Assembly: GCA_036004365.1 (NCBI GenBank)
Contig: DASYRN010000195.1
Span: 4,583 to 68,582 of the forward strand
Reading direction: 5' to 3'
Origin: Candidatus Binatia bacterium
GTDB lineage: Bacteria; Desulfobacterota; Binatia; UBA9968
DNA: 64,000 nt
In this document: piece by piece, positions 36,593 to 45,967 of the stretch
Numbering within the stretch: the first letter of the stretch is position 1
How the letters are laid out: each line of letters begins with the position of its first letter
Program-made: the position numbers and the translations under genes
Notes under the pieces: generated by a model
Told to the model about the DNA's origin: nothing
Database searches by the model: none
Seen by the model: the letters and a program-made list of their open reading frames with translations, nothing else

Positions 36593-38964
36593 ATGGTTGA
36601 GTTTCTCTCAAGCCTTCGATTCCGTCTGATCGTTTTGGTGCTTTTGGCTGTCATTCCCGCCGTGGGTCTAATTTTGCTCACGGCGGCAAGGCAGCGGGCG
36701 CTGACAGCAGGCGAAGTCCAAAGAAACGCGCTGCGCGCCGCGCGCGTTATTGCCACCGAGCAAGAAAGAGTTCTAGAGAGCGCGCACCAGTTATTGATCA
36801 CGCTATCCGGATTTCCTCAGGTTCGCAAAAAAATCGAGCCGCTTGCGACAGGATGCTTGCGGGATTGCTGGAGCCCTTGTACGCAGACCTTCGGGTTACG
36901 GACTTGAAGGGAAATATTCTTTGCAGCGCGCGGCGGTCGGGAAGTTCTTTGACCAAGCCGAGCGTCTCTCATTTAAAGCGCGTCATCGACACCCAGGACT
37001 TTTCGATAGGCAACTTTCTGACCCACTCGTCGGCACGAAAGACCCTGGTTGACTTGGGCTATCCTGTGTTCGATGCGCTCGGGCTACTACGGGGCGTCGT
37101 TTTCCTTTCGCTGGATTTATCCTGGGTCACTCGTACCACAGCAGAAAATCATCTGCATCCAGGAGCCTCTTTCTCCCTGGTGGGTAGTAGCGGGGCCGTC
37201 GTGGTTCGTTATCCTGAGGCAGAAGAATGGATCGGAAAGACGATATCTCCTGCAGATTCGGTGAAAAGGATTCTTTCCGAAGATCTCGATGGTAGCGTGG
37301 AAGCCGTAGGCGGCGATGGCACCCAGCGGCTTTTTGCCTTTAGTCAGGTCATCAACCGCATGGGCGGGCAGACTGTCTACGCAGCGGTCGATATGCCGGC
37401 TGAGTTAGCCTTTGCCGAGACCAAGCGTCTCTTGATTCATAACTTGATCAGCCTGGCCGTGCTTTCCGTCTTGACGATCATGGCAGCATGGTTTGGTGCA
37501 GACTTATTTGTTCTTCGTCGCATACACGATCTGGTTGCAGCAACAAAACAAATCGCTGTGGGGAAGCTGGCCACCCGTACTCGGATGCCCTACGGAAAAA
37601 GCGAACTCGGCCAACTCGCGCGGGCCTTCGATGACTTGGCCGAGGCCCTGGAAAGGCGTGAGAGCGAAGCTAAGGCCTCATCCGAGCATATCGAAAAGCA
37701 ACGTCAACGTCAGAGCGTTCTCTACGATATTAACCTGGCGATCACTTCCACTCTCGATCTCGATAGCGTCTTAAGCGCTCTGTTGGAAGAAATGGCTGCT
37801 TTATTCCCCTATTGCGCCTCTACGGTCAGCTTGATCAACCAACAAAGCGCTTTGGAATCCATAGCGCAGCGAAATTTTGGCGGCGAAGAACAGCGGCAGC
37901 CCGAGGTGCGACCGGATCTAGGGCTCCCCAATGCCGTGCTTGAGCTTCAGTCTCCTCTGGCCGTTTTGGACGCGCGAGGTGACCCTCGAACCAGGAATCC
38001 GGAATTCTTCCGTAGGCATCGTATGTTCTCCTATCTGGGGCTCCCCATGATCGCCAAGGGACAAACCCTGGGAGTCCTCTCCCCCTACACCATGGAGGAG
38101 CATCAGTTTAGCCGGGAAGAGATGGATTTTCTTATGGCTCTCGCGAACCAAGCGGCGATGGCAGTCCATAATTCGCGCTTGTATGAACAAAGTAAAAATC
38201 AAGCCGTGGAGTTGGAGAAATCCAACAAAATCAAGGATGAGTTTCTTGGAGTCATGTCCCACGAGCTCAGAACTCCACTCAATATTATCATGAACTACGC
38301 GGAGGCTTTGAGTACCCAAATGTTCGGCAAAATGAGTCCTCACCAGGAGAAGGGAGTGGAGAAAATAAAATCCCAGGCGGGCCATTTGCTCGCTTTGATT
38401 AATGAGATACTGGAGATCACGAAAATCGAGTCCGGCACCGCGACCTTCCAGAAAGAGCCGATCAACCTCGAGAATTTCATGGCCGAGATGGAATCGGACT
38501 ATGTGATGCCCATGGAGAAAGTATTGACGCTGAATTGGAACTACCCGCCGGATCTGCCGATGATCGTCAGCGATCGGGTGAAGCTTAAACAGATTCTGAC
38601 CAATCTCATCAACAACGCCATCAAGTTCACCGACGAGGGTTCCGTCACCATATCACTGCGAGCGTTAAACGGAGGGCAAAGTGTGGAGTTCCAAGTCGCG
38701 GACACGGGATCCGGCATCCCTGACGATCTGATTCCGGTGGTATTCGACAAGTTTCGGCAGCTCGACAGCTCCACGACTCGAAACCATTCGGGGGCTGGGT
38801 TGGGATTATATATCGTCAAGACTTTCACCGAGCTGCTCGGGGGAGCGATCAGTGTGCAGAGCAAGCTCGGCGAGGGATCGGTTTTTATCGTTCGCTTGTC
38901 GGCTGGGCCTGTAGGCGAAAAAGCGCGACCGGGCGTTCCTCTCACTGTCGAGCAGGAGCTTTAA
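36593..38964 (+). CDS. sensor histidine kinase (TM - periplasmic sensor - TM - HAMP - GAF-like - HisKA - HATPase_c); frame broken at an A7 run
   Basis: N-terminal TM (LIVLVLLAVIPAVGLILL) and sensor start in frame 2. From 36853 the frame-1 ORF carries the second TM, H-box (MSHELRTPLNII), N-box (LINNAIKFT), and G1/G2 boxes (DTGSGIP, GAGLGL). A7 at 36827-36833 read as A8 joins them. Confidence 0.7.
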
Positions 38965-38982
38965 GGTTAACGGAGGTCGATC

Positions 38983-39723
38983 ATGGTGGTGTCCATTTTT
39001 TGGCGCATTATGTTGGGCTATTTCACGATATTGATCTTGTCCATCGGGATATCCTTATACTCCATTGTTCAGCTGGGGAGGCTTAGCGACACCGCGCGAA
39101 CGGCTCTAAATGTGGACAGTCGCATGATTGCTTATGAGGAAAAACTGGTCGACGCTCTCTTATCGGAAGTTCGATACGGCAAGAAATACATCATTACGCA
39201 AGCGAGCACGCTGCACGAACAATCCCGCGAGTTCAATAGGGATTTCGTCAATTATCTCAACGGGTTAACCGATCTAGCCGAGTCTCCCGAAATCAAGACG
39301 CGTTTGGCTCGAGTGGGCGAGTTCCATCTTCGCTACGTCGGCTTATTTGATCAAGAAGTCCGATACCTTAAGACGCGTCAGATCTATGCTGAAAGCCGGT
39401 ATCGCGAGGAGAAAGAGAAAGCGGTTGACAGAATTCTAGCAGAGCTGGAAAAGTTAAAGGGCGAGCTGCAAAAAAATGTTCTCGGAAAACTGGAAACCAT
39501 AGAGAAAGCCGCGCGTCTAACCCGCAGGATCGCGTTTCTGATGACGTTGCTCTTTTTTGCCTTGAGTTTGGCACTATCCTTTGCGATCAGCAAGAGTCTC
39601 ACGGAGACCACGCGGGCATCCGCGACCGACGACCATTCGGATCGCGACCGCGGTTCTTCCCGTATTTTAGAGGATCCGGGAGCTGGTCAGCGCCTTGAAG
39701 AACGTTGGACGGAAGTTTTATGA
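38983..39723 (+). CDS. membrane protein with a helical periplasmic sensor-like domain and no recognisable output domain
   Basis: TM1 (FTILILSIGISLYSIV), then about 150 aa of helical region, then TM2 (IAFLMTLLFFALSLALSFAI) and a short tail. 19 nt downstream of the kinase gene. Possibly truncated or frameshifted. Confidence 0.4.
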   Translation: MVVSIFWRIMLGYFTILILSIGISLYSIVQLGRLSDTARTALNVDSRMIAYEEKLVDALLSEVRYGKKYIITQASTLHEQSREFNRDFVNYLNGLTDLAESPEIKTRLARVGEFHLRYVGLFDQEVRYLKTRQIYAESRYREEKEKAVDRILAELEKLKGELQKNVLGKLETIEKAARLTRRIAFLMTLLFFALSLALSFAISKSLTETTRASATDDHSDRDRGSSRILEDPGAGQRLEERWTEVL

Positions 39724-39759
39724 TAGAGTCCGCCCGTCCTGGAACATGGCGGCGAGCTC

Positions 39760-40410
39760 ATGGAACACGATGAAAGTTTCGGTCTATGCGCTGCGGTACG
39801 GAAGGGAGAAAAAATAGTGGATCGCGCGCATCGTGCTTTGGAACATGAGATACGGATAACGAAGGCGCTCAGAACCCTTTTCTACGGAGCGATGCTAACG
39901 GCATCCCTTCATCTTACCGCCTGTGCGATACCAAAGGGTTTCCAGACTGACAAGAGAAACGAGCATTTCGAACGGAGCGAGAGTTTTTTCTCTCAAGGGA
40001 AGTACGAAGAAGCATTTAAAGAAAATCAGATGGCTATTTCCGAGCAGGGAAAGGAGGCGGACACCGCGCTTTTTAACATGGGAGTCATTTCGGCCTATTC
40101 TCAGAATCCAAAAAAGGACTATCCGAAAGCACTCTCGTACTTTAGACAAGTGGTCAAGGACTATCCTCGAAGCCCCAAGGCCGAGCCGGCGAAAGCTTGG
40201 ATCGAGATCCTGGAGGAGCACCAACGGATTCTAGAAGAGAAGCAGAAATTGGGAGAGGAAAAACGCACCCTGACCAGAGAGAAAGAAACGCTTGCGCGAG
40301 AGAAGGAGCTGTTGTCTCAGGAAAGGGCGAAACTCAAGCAGATGGCCGAGAAGTCGCGGCAAGTCGATATCGAGATCGAAAAGCGAAGAAGACAAGCTCG
40401 GGGCAAGTAA
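39760..40410 (+). CDS. TPR-like lipoprotein with a C-terminal coiled coil (YbgF/BamD-like)
   Basis: Lipobox LHLTAC. ...YFRQVVKDYPRSPKAEPAKAW... resembles the BamD/YbgF TPR motif. C-terminal repeats LEEKQKLGEEKRTLTREKETLAREKELLSQERAKL. Confidence 0.4.
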   Translation: MEHDESFGLCAAVRKGEKIVDRAHRALEHEIRITKALRTLFYGAMLTASLHLTACAIPKGFQTDKRNEHFERSESFFSQGKYEEAFKENQMAISEQGKEADTALFNMGVISAYSQNPKKDYPKALSYFRQVVKDYPRSPKAEPAKAWIEILEEHQRILEEKQKLGEEKRTLTREKETLAREKELLSQERAKLKQMAEKSRQVDIEIEKRRRQARGK

Positions 40411-40561
40411 GAATCCACGCCGCTTCGGGCCCGCTATTACATACCCAAAGGAGCTCCAATATCAAATCTGTGGTCCGTTGACGTCGGACTGTTTTCTTCA
40501 GATACTGTCAGTTTCCAGATCGATGGGCGTAGGAGGAACGAAGGTGACACCTCAATATGAG

Positions 40562-41317
40562 ATGTTGATGGACTTGTTGCAAAGGCGGATGAGCACGCGG
40601 AAGTTAAAGCCGGATCCGCTCCCAGAGGGCGCCATCGAAAAGATCCTCGAGGCAGGTCGCTGGGCCATGTCCGGAGCAAACGCCCAACCTTGGGAATACC
40701 TCGTCGTGACTGATGCCAAAGTGAAATTGGCACTGTTCGATGTCTATCGGGAACAAATGGATGACTATAATTTTTGGATGGAGCAGATGCGGTCGCCTGA
40801 ACTGCGTCACCCGGCGTTTCATGTCGCTGGCGATCCCGAGGAGCAGTTGCGCAAGCTCAAGGCTCGGCCGGGATGGGCTGAAGCGCCGGCGCTAATCGTT
40901 GTTTTAGGCGACGGCCGCAGGCAGTGGGCAACCGTAATGGGCGGCCATACTTTCGGCCGGCATCAATCCCATTTCACCGACGCGCTCGCTAACACCTGCA
41001 CCTTAATGCACCTTGCCGCAGCTTCACTGGGCCTCGGCACTCAGTGGGTGACGATCCACGTTGAAGAGGGTTTCAAGAAGGTTCTGGAGGTGCCCGACAT
41101 TATGACCCTGTATCTGATCATTCCTGTTGGATATCCGGATCTTCCGGCCAAGGAAGGGGTGCGCCGATCGCTGGCGGACATGGTTCATTACAATAGGTAC
41201 GACCCACGTAAGCACATGACCAACCGGCAGATCATAGAGTACATCTATGATCTCCGGGGCAAGACCATGCCCAAATATATCAAAGCCCCGGGGGCCGAAG
41301 ATGATATTCATCGTTGA
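40562..41317 (+). CDS. nitroreductase family protein
   Basis: Start chosen at MLMDLLQRRMSTRKLKP (the typical nitroreductase N-terminus) with GAAGGTGA 9 nt upstream. ...GANAQPWEYLVV... core. Confidence 0.65.
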   Translation: MLMDLLQRRMSTRKLKPDPLPEGAIEKILEAGRWAMSGANAQPWEYLVVTDAKVKLALFDVYREQMDDYNFWMEQMRSPELRHPAFHVAGDPEEQLRKLKARPGWAEAPALIVVLGDGRRQWATVMGGHTFGRHQSHFTDALANTCTLMHLAAASLGLGTQWVTIHVEEGFKKVLEVPDIMTLYLIIPVGYPDLPAKEGVRRSLADMVHYNRYDPRKHMTNRQIIEYIYDLRGKTMPKYIKAPGAEDDIHR

Positions 41318-41374
41318 CTCCCGGAGCTGAGGCCAATCGACTATTCTTCTGTTCGCTCCGCGATGGGAGACTCA

Positions 41375-41599
41375 TCAATAAATAATCGAGCCAGCCTCTA
41401 TCTGTTTTTTCCGAGACTCGTATTCGCTGCGAGATATCCGCTCCTTCTTAAAATCTTCTTCCAGTCTATCCATTTGTCGCTTGGCTTGGATCTCATAGCC
41501 CGCGCCTGTCGCCCCTGCCCCAACCGCCGCTCCCGCGAGGAATTCACAACCCCACTGCGTCATGCTTGCCAGCATCAATAGGACAAAGAGTTTTTTCAT
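41375..41599 (-). CDS. small lipoprotein (74 aa) with a SHOCT-like C-terminus
   Basis: MKKLFVLLMLASMTQWGC lipobox, a glycine-zipper segment, then ...DFKKERISRSEYESRKKQIEA. GGAAGGAGG RBS. Confidence 0.4.
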   Translation of the reverse strand: MKKLFVLLMLASMTQWGCEFLAGAAVGAGATGAGYEIQAKRQMDRLEEDFKKERISRSEYESRKKQIEAGSIIY

Positions 41600-41651
41600 T
41601 TGATAACCTCCTTCCGATAGAGCTCATTAGGAGCCCAATCGACATTTTGCT

Positions 41652-41870
41652 TTACTTCCTATTGCCCGCGAAGACCAAAGCGATCCCTCCCACCAACGCG
41701 ATCGCTCCAAAGATGGGTGGCAGCGGAATCGTTTTTTTCCTTTCGGCGGTTGCTTCGATGGGTCCGAGATCGATCACCTTTTCACGGGTGGTATAGGTGA
41801 TGCCTTGGTAACCGAAGGCGATGACTGAAAGGACGATCAAAACAATGCCGATAAGAGTTGCCGGTCTCAT
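41652..41870 (-). CDS. small two-helix membrane protein (72 aa)
   Basis: Two hydrophobic helices (LIGIVLIVLSVIAFGY and IFGAIALVGGIALVFAG). GAAGGAGG RBS. Confidence 0.4.
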   Translation of the reverse strand: MRPATLIGIVLIVLSVIAFGYQGITYTTREKVIDLGPIEATAERKKTIPLPPIFGAIALVGGIALVFAGNRK

Positions 41871-41900
41871 CTCTAAGCCTCCTTCTCGGTCCTCCCTTAG

Positions 41901-41984
41901 CTAACTCAGAAAGCCGAATAACCAAAGCAAGACTATGATGCTGAATGGAACTCCAAGCAGCCACAAAACAAAGCCCCTTAACAT
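41901..41984 (-). CDS. unannotated 27-aa hydrophobic micro-protein ORF
   Basis: The minus strand reads TTGGAGGCTGT-ATG, then MLRGFVLWLLGVPFSIIVLLWLFGFLS and a stop. It sits immediately upstream of, and co-oriented with, the 72-aa membrane protein gene. Confidence 0.3.
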   Translation of the reverse strand: MLRGFVLWLLGVPFSIIVLLWLFGFLS

Positions 41985-42038
41985 ACAGCCTCCAATGTTC
42001 TTAAAGCATGCCCGCTCAAGTCTAACAGGCTCGATTAT

Positions 42039-42887
42039 CTAACGGTCGCTGGTTTTTGTTTTTTCTCGCTCCCGTTTGGCAGGGGTACTCTTTGCCTGTT
42101 TGGTTTCCAGCGCGCGCTCTGTACCCGCGGCTTTCCACACATTGGTATCGATATCTACCTTCGTCGCTTTGCTACTATTTTTATCTATATCGATTTGGAC
42201 TTCGTAGCTGCGATCACCCTTGACGACTTCATATTCGACGTAATCGGCTTTGTCAGAATTGACCGCGGTGATCTGGTAGCCGAGTTTCTCCAGCTGTTTG
42301 CGGTAAAAGTCTCGATCCTCACCGACCTTCAAAGCCTGCGCCAGCTCATCCCTACCTTTGTCCCAGTTACTCTTTCGGTCACGGTCGCTGTAGCGTGCGT
42401 TTGCCGGACCGCCAACATCCTTTTTATCGGCTTTTCTTCCCTTAAGGATCTCGTCCGTCGTCTTTGCTTGCCACATGTTGCTGGAAACCTCCACTTTGGT
42501 TACCTTGCGACTACTCTTGTCCAGATCCATCTGGATCTCGTAGGTCTGATCACCCTTCACGACTTCGTACTCAAGGTAGTCCGGTTTGTCGTAATTTATG
42601 GAGGTTATCTGGTAGCCGAGTTTCTCCAGTTCCTTGCGGTAAAAGTCTCGATCCTGACCTGGCTTCAAAGCCCGCACCAGTTCATCTTTGCCTTTTTCCC
42701 ACTGGCCCTTCCGGGCGCGGTCGCTGTAGCGAGGACCGTCGGTTCCGTCTCTAGGGCGCTCTGCGGGCCCTTCCTTGCCGCGCTCCGAAGGCCGATCCGA
42801 GCGTTCCGCGCTGTACGTGGCCGATGTCAGACCTAGAGTCGCGACCAATCCGAGCACAAGCATTGACTGCAATACTCGCGTTTCCAT
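42039..42887 (-). CDS. secreted protein with two tandem PepSY-like repeats
   Basis: Signal peptide. Two repeats of about 111 aa (…RYSDRxRKxxWxKGxDELxxALKxGxDRDFYRKxLEKLGYQITxxNxDKxDYxEYEVVKGDxxYExQxDxDKxSxKxTKVxxxxNxW…), each ending in a PepSY-like Y-E-V-x-x-D pattern. Confidence 0.5.
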   Translation of the reverse strand: METRVLQSMLVLGLVATLGLTSATYSAERSDRPSERGKEGPAERPRDGTDGPRYSDRARKGQWEKGKDELVRALKPGQDRDFYRKELEKLGYQITSINYDKPDYLEYEVVKGDQTYEIQMDLDKSSRKVTKVEVSSNMWQAKTTDEILKGRKADKKDVGGPANARYSDRDRKSNWDKGRDELAQALKVGEDRDFYRKQLEKLGYQITAVNSDKADYVEYEVVKGDRSYEVQIDIDKNSSKATKVDIDTNVWKAAGTERALETKQAKSTPAKREREKTKTSDR

Positions 42888-42931
42888 AATTCCTCCTAAT
42901 GGTATGTAATGGTTAACGCTAGATCTCTTGC

Positions 42932-43099
42932 CTAGACCTGCGGTCGGGTGCGCCCCGCGATTAGGCTAACCAAAAACAGGACAATGAAGACCACGAACAG
43001 TATCCATGCGATCTGCGTGGCCGCGCCGGCAACTCCAGACAATCCCAGCAATCCGGCGATCAGCCCGATGATTAAAAAAGTTACTGCCCAGTTAAGCAT
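42932..43099 (-). CDS. UPF0391/DUF1328 small membrane protein (55 aa), tandem copy 1
   Basis: GGAGACGCAT-ATG on the minus strand. [55 protein letters not shown] matches the YtjA-type UPF0391 pattern. The ORF-track call 42948..43148(+) is its antisense. Confidence 0.6.
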   Translation of the reverse strand: MLNWAVTFLIIGLIAGLLGLSGVAGAATQIAWILFVVFIVLFLVSLIAGRTRPQV

Positions 43100-43200
43100 A
43101 TGCGTCTCCTTTTGTTACGGACGGTATCGCGGCAGCTCGCGCAACTAAAACTTTTTGACTGCACCCACTTTGTTAAATCAGCAAGGCTGAATTTCTTGGC

Positions 43201-43368
43201 CTAAACTGGCGGGCGAAGACGGCCGCCGATCAAGCTGACCAAGAACAAGACTATAAAGACCACGAACAGGATCCATGCGATCTGCGTGGCCGCGCCGGCA
43301 ACCCCAGACAATCCCAACAATCCGGCGATTAGCCCGATGATTAAAAAAGTTACTGCCCAGTTAAGCAT
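43201..43368 (-). CDS. UPF0391/DUF1328 small membrane protein (55 aa), tandem copy 2
   Basis: The same RBS-ATG context and 5' two-thirds are near-identical to copy 1 (4 substitutions in about 110 nt). The C-terminus diverges (…[12 protein letters not shown]). Confidence 0.6.
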   Translation of the reverse strand: MLNWAVTFLIIGLIAGLLGLSGVAGAATQIAWILFVVFIVLFLVSLIGGRLRPPV

Positions 43369-43694
43369 ATGCGTCTCCTTTCGTTACGGACATTTAAAGC
43401 AAACGTTCTCTCTTGGTATCCGCTGCAGCTGGTGAACGAAAATTTTTTACCCACTGCATTTGAGCTCGTTAAATGAGCAAGGCCTGTGCCATGGTTACCA
43501 AACCCCTTGATTTTTTGGGCTTCCGATGGCTTCCAGAAACTTTTTGTGCCTGAGTCTATGTAGGTGAATTCCTACAGTGGCAGGGAAAAAACTGCCTTGG
43601 CGTCTTTCGTAGCGTTTTGCCATTTCATACTTCTGGCATTACGAACAATTACGAACACAAAATCACAATTGTTCTATTTTCATCCCTCTTCCCC

Positions 43695-43724
43695 TTGACG
43701 CCGATAATCGATCTGCCCTATTTT
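43695..43724 (+). promoter_or_regulatory. sigma-70-like promoter, copy B of the CCCCTTGACG-N18-TATTTTAG family
   Basis: TTGACG 43695-43700, an 18-nt spacer, TATTTT 43719-43724. 55 nt upstream of the deacetylase ATG. Confidence 0.5.
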
Positions 43725-43778
43725 TAGAGCCATTTTTGGCGCCGTCATTTGGTTTGGAGCAAGGAGGAGATATCTATT

Positions 43779-44648
43779 ATGCCTACACCGAGACCGAAAC
43801 CGATCGAGTGGCCGGAGAAGGCCAAGATCTGCGTCACATTCATTGTCCCCTGGGAGGTTTGGCCCGAGAATTTTGCGACTCACCAATCGATCCAGCGCCA
43901 CGGTGGTGCCACCCTTCCACCGCCGCATGCTGTTTTTAAGAAGAACATGGCTCTGGTGACCGAACGAGAATACGGAGACCGGGTGGGAATCTGGAGAGTA
44001 CTCGATCTCTTCGATCGCCATAAACTCAAGGTCACCTTTCTTATGAATGGTTTGAAAGTAGAGCAATTCGCCGGTTTGTGCAGGGAGATCAAAGCTCAGG
44101 GGCACGAATTCTCTTCCGAAAGCTATGAGCATGAATATTCCTTCATGTACACGCGGGAGCAGGAGCGGGAAGCGATTCAAAAGACGGTAGCCGCGTTTGA
44201 GAAAGTTCTGGGGCAGAAACCTACCGGATACCTGTCACCCGGCCATGCATCGACCGATAATACGTTGGAGCTGGTTGCCGAAGCAGGGTTTGTCTGGTGG
44301 GCAGATCCGTTGAACAGCGACGTCCCCTACACTCTGGAATCGCGCGGGCGAAAGGTCGTCGTTGTTCCTTATAACGTCCCGGGATGCAATGACTACTCGA
44401 CTTACGGGACCGCGCGGACTCCGAGAGATCTCTTGCAGATCATGAAGGACCAGTTTGACTACCTTTATTGGGAAGGGGAGCAGGGATCGCCGAAATTTTT
44501 CGCGTTCAATCTTCATCCGTTTGTCTCCGGCGTTCCCTATCGCACCAAGATCATTGACGAGTTCATTAAGTATGCCAAAGGCTTTCCCAAAGTTTGGTGG
44601 GCGCGACGGATCGAAATCGCGAACTGGTGCCTGGAAAAAGGGTATTAG
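43779..44648 (+). CDS. polysaccharide deacetylase-family protein (NodB fold; PuuE/allantoinase-like)
   Basis: MPTPRPKPIEWPEKAKICVTFIVPWEVW..., the PuuE-like start. NodB-family His/Asp motifs. Confidence 0.6.
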   Translation: MPTPRPKPIEWPEKAKICVTFIVPWEVWPENFATHQSIQRHGGATLPPPHAVFKKNMALVTEREYGDRVGIWRVLDLFDRHKLKVTFLMNGLKVEQFAGLCREIKAQGHEFSSESYEHEYSFMYTREQEREAIQKTVAAFEKVLGQKPTGYLSPGHASTDNTLELVAEAGFVWWADPLNSDVPYTLESRGRKVVVVPYNVPGCNDYSTYGTARTPRDLLQIMKDQFDYLYWEGEQGSPKFFAFNLHPFVSGVPYRTKIIDEFIKYAKGFPKVWWARRIEIANWCLEKGY

Positions 44649-44778
44649 CTTCTTTGCGGGGCTAGTCGGAGCAGGCTCCACCTTTCTCGGTGCTTAAGGA
44701 TTTGCAGCGCCGCCAGAGAGTCTGCAGCGTAATCTGATGAACTTGCCGCCAACCGGCAGAGCCTGAAAGGAGCAAAAG

Positions 44779-45903
44779 ATGATCTTGCAAAAGCAGAGGG
44801 CCGTGATTGGGATGATCGACGGCTTCGGTGCTGACTATCTCGAGGCGAGTCCCATGCCCGTGATGAAGACGATGATCGGCGAGGGCCTCTTCAAAAAGGT
44901 CAGCGCCGTGTTTCCGACCGTGACTAACACTAACAACGTCTCGATCTGCTGCGGCGCATGGCCCAAGGAGCACGGCATCACCGGAAACTCCTATTTCGAT
45001 GAAGCGACCGGCGAGGCTGACTACATGGAAAGCGCGGACTTTATACGTGTCCCGACGATCCTAGAGCTAGCCGCCGACCGGGGAATCGCCTCAGCCTTGC
45101 TCACATGCAAAGAGAAGACGATCCATCTGATGGCGAAAGGCGCCAACATTGCGCTTGCCGCTGAGAATCCGCCGGCTGAGTTCATCGACCGGTTCGGAAA
45201 ACCTCCGCACATCTATAGCCGTGAGATCAACTACTGGCTTTGGAAGGTGGCGATCGATATTCTCAAGCGGCGAAAGGATGTCAGGCTCGTGTACGTCCAC
45301 ACCACAGACTACCCGATGCACACATGGAGTCCGAAAGAGGCGGAGTCGAAGGAGCATTTAGCGACTCTCGATACCCTTCTCGGCGAGGCCCAAGAGGCGG
45401 CGCCGGACGCCGCGTTCATGATCACGGCGGACCACGGCATGAACTACAAAAAACGCTGTTGGGATCTCACGAAGGCTTGTCGCGACCGGGGTCTCGAGCT
45501 GCGCTTTGCGCTCTCGGCGGAAAAGGACCGTTACGTCAAGCACCATCGGACCTTTGGCGGGTGCGCCTGGGTCTGGCTTAAATCGCCGCGCGACGAGGGC
45601 AAAGCTTTCGATACCATCTATTCTCTGGAAGGTGTCGAGCAAGTTTTGACCCGGAGTAAAGCCGCCGACCGTTTTCATCTGATGCCGGAACGCATCGGAG
45701 AGCTGGTCGTTCTTGGGGACAGCGATACCGTCTTCGGTGAAATGGATACCGCAAAAGAGGTCCTCGATCCGCGCTATCGCTCCCACGGCTCGTTGCACGA
45801 ATCGGAAGTGCCGCTGTTGATCTTCAATCATGCGGTGGAGCTCCCTTCACCCGACAGGTTTGAGGCCAATCTGGATCTAACTCGCCTCTCCTTCGGGAGA
45901 TAG
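44779..45903 (+). CDS. alkaline-phosphatase-superfamily protein (phosphonoacetate hydrolase / NPP-like)
   Basis: MIDGFGADY... (metal-site Asp) and ...ITADHGM... (HG motif), typical of the AP/NPP/PhnA branch. Confidence 0.5.
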   Translation: MILQKQRAVIGMIDGFGADYLEASPMPVMKTMIGEGLFKKVSAVFPTVTNTNNVSICCGAWPKEHGITGNSYFDEATGEADYMESADFIRVPTILELAADRGIASALLTCKEKTIHLMAKGANIALAAENPPAEFIDRFGKPPHIYSREINYWLWKVAIDILKRRKDVRLVYVHTTDYPMHTWSPKEAESKEHLATLDTLLGEAQEAAPDAAFMITADHGMNYKKRCWDLTKACRDRGLELRFALSAEKDRYVKHHRTFGGCAWVWLKSPRDEGKAFDTIYSLEGVEQVLTRSKAADRFHLMPERIGELVVLGDSDTVFGEMDTAKEVLDPRYRSHGSLHESEVPLLIFNHAVELPSPDRFEANLDLTRLSFGR

Positions 45904-45967
45904 GGATCCAGTCTTTTTCATCCTTCCGCTTTCTTCCTTCATACTTTTTTTGTTTTTTGTCCTCCCC

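Noticed and set aside
42948-43148. ORF-track protein (+) over the first UPF0391 copy
   Set aside because: Antisense to a well-formed 55-aa gene with RBS and family-typical sequence. No RBS of its own.
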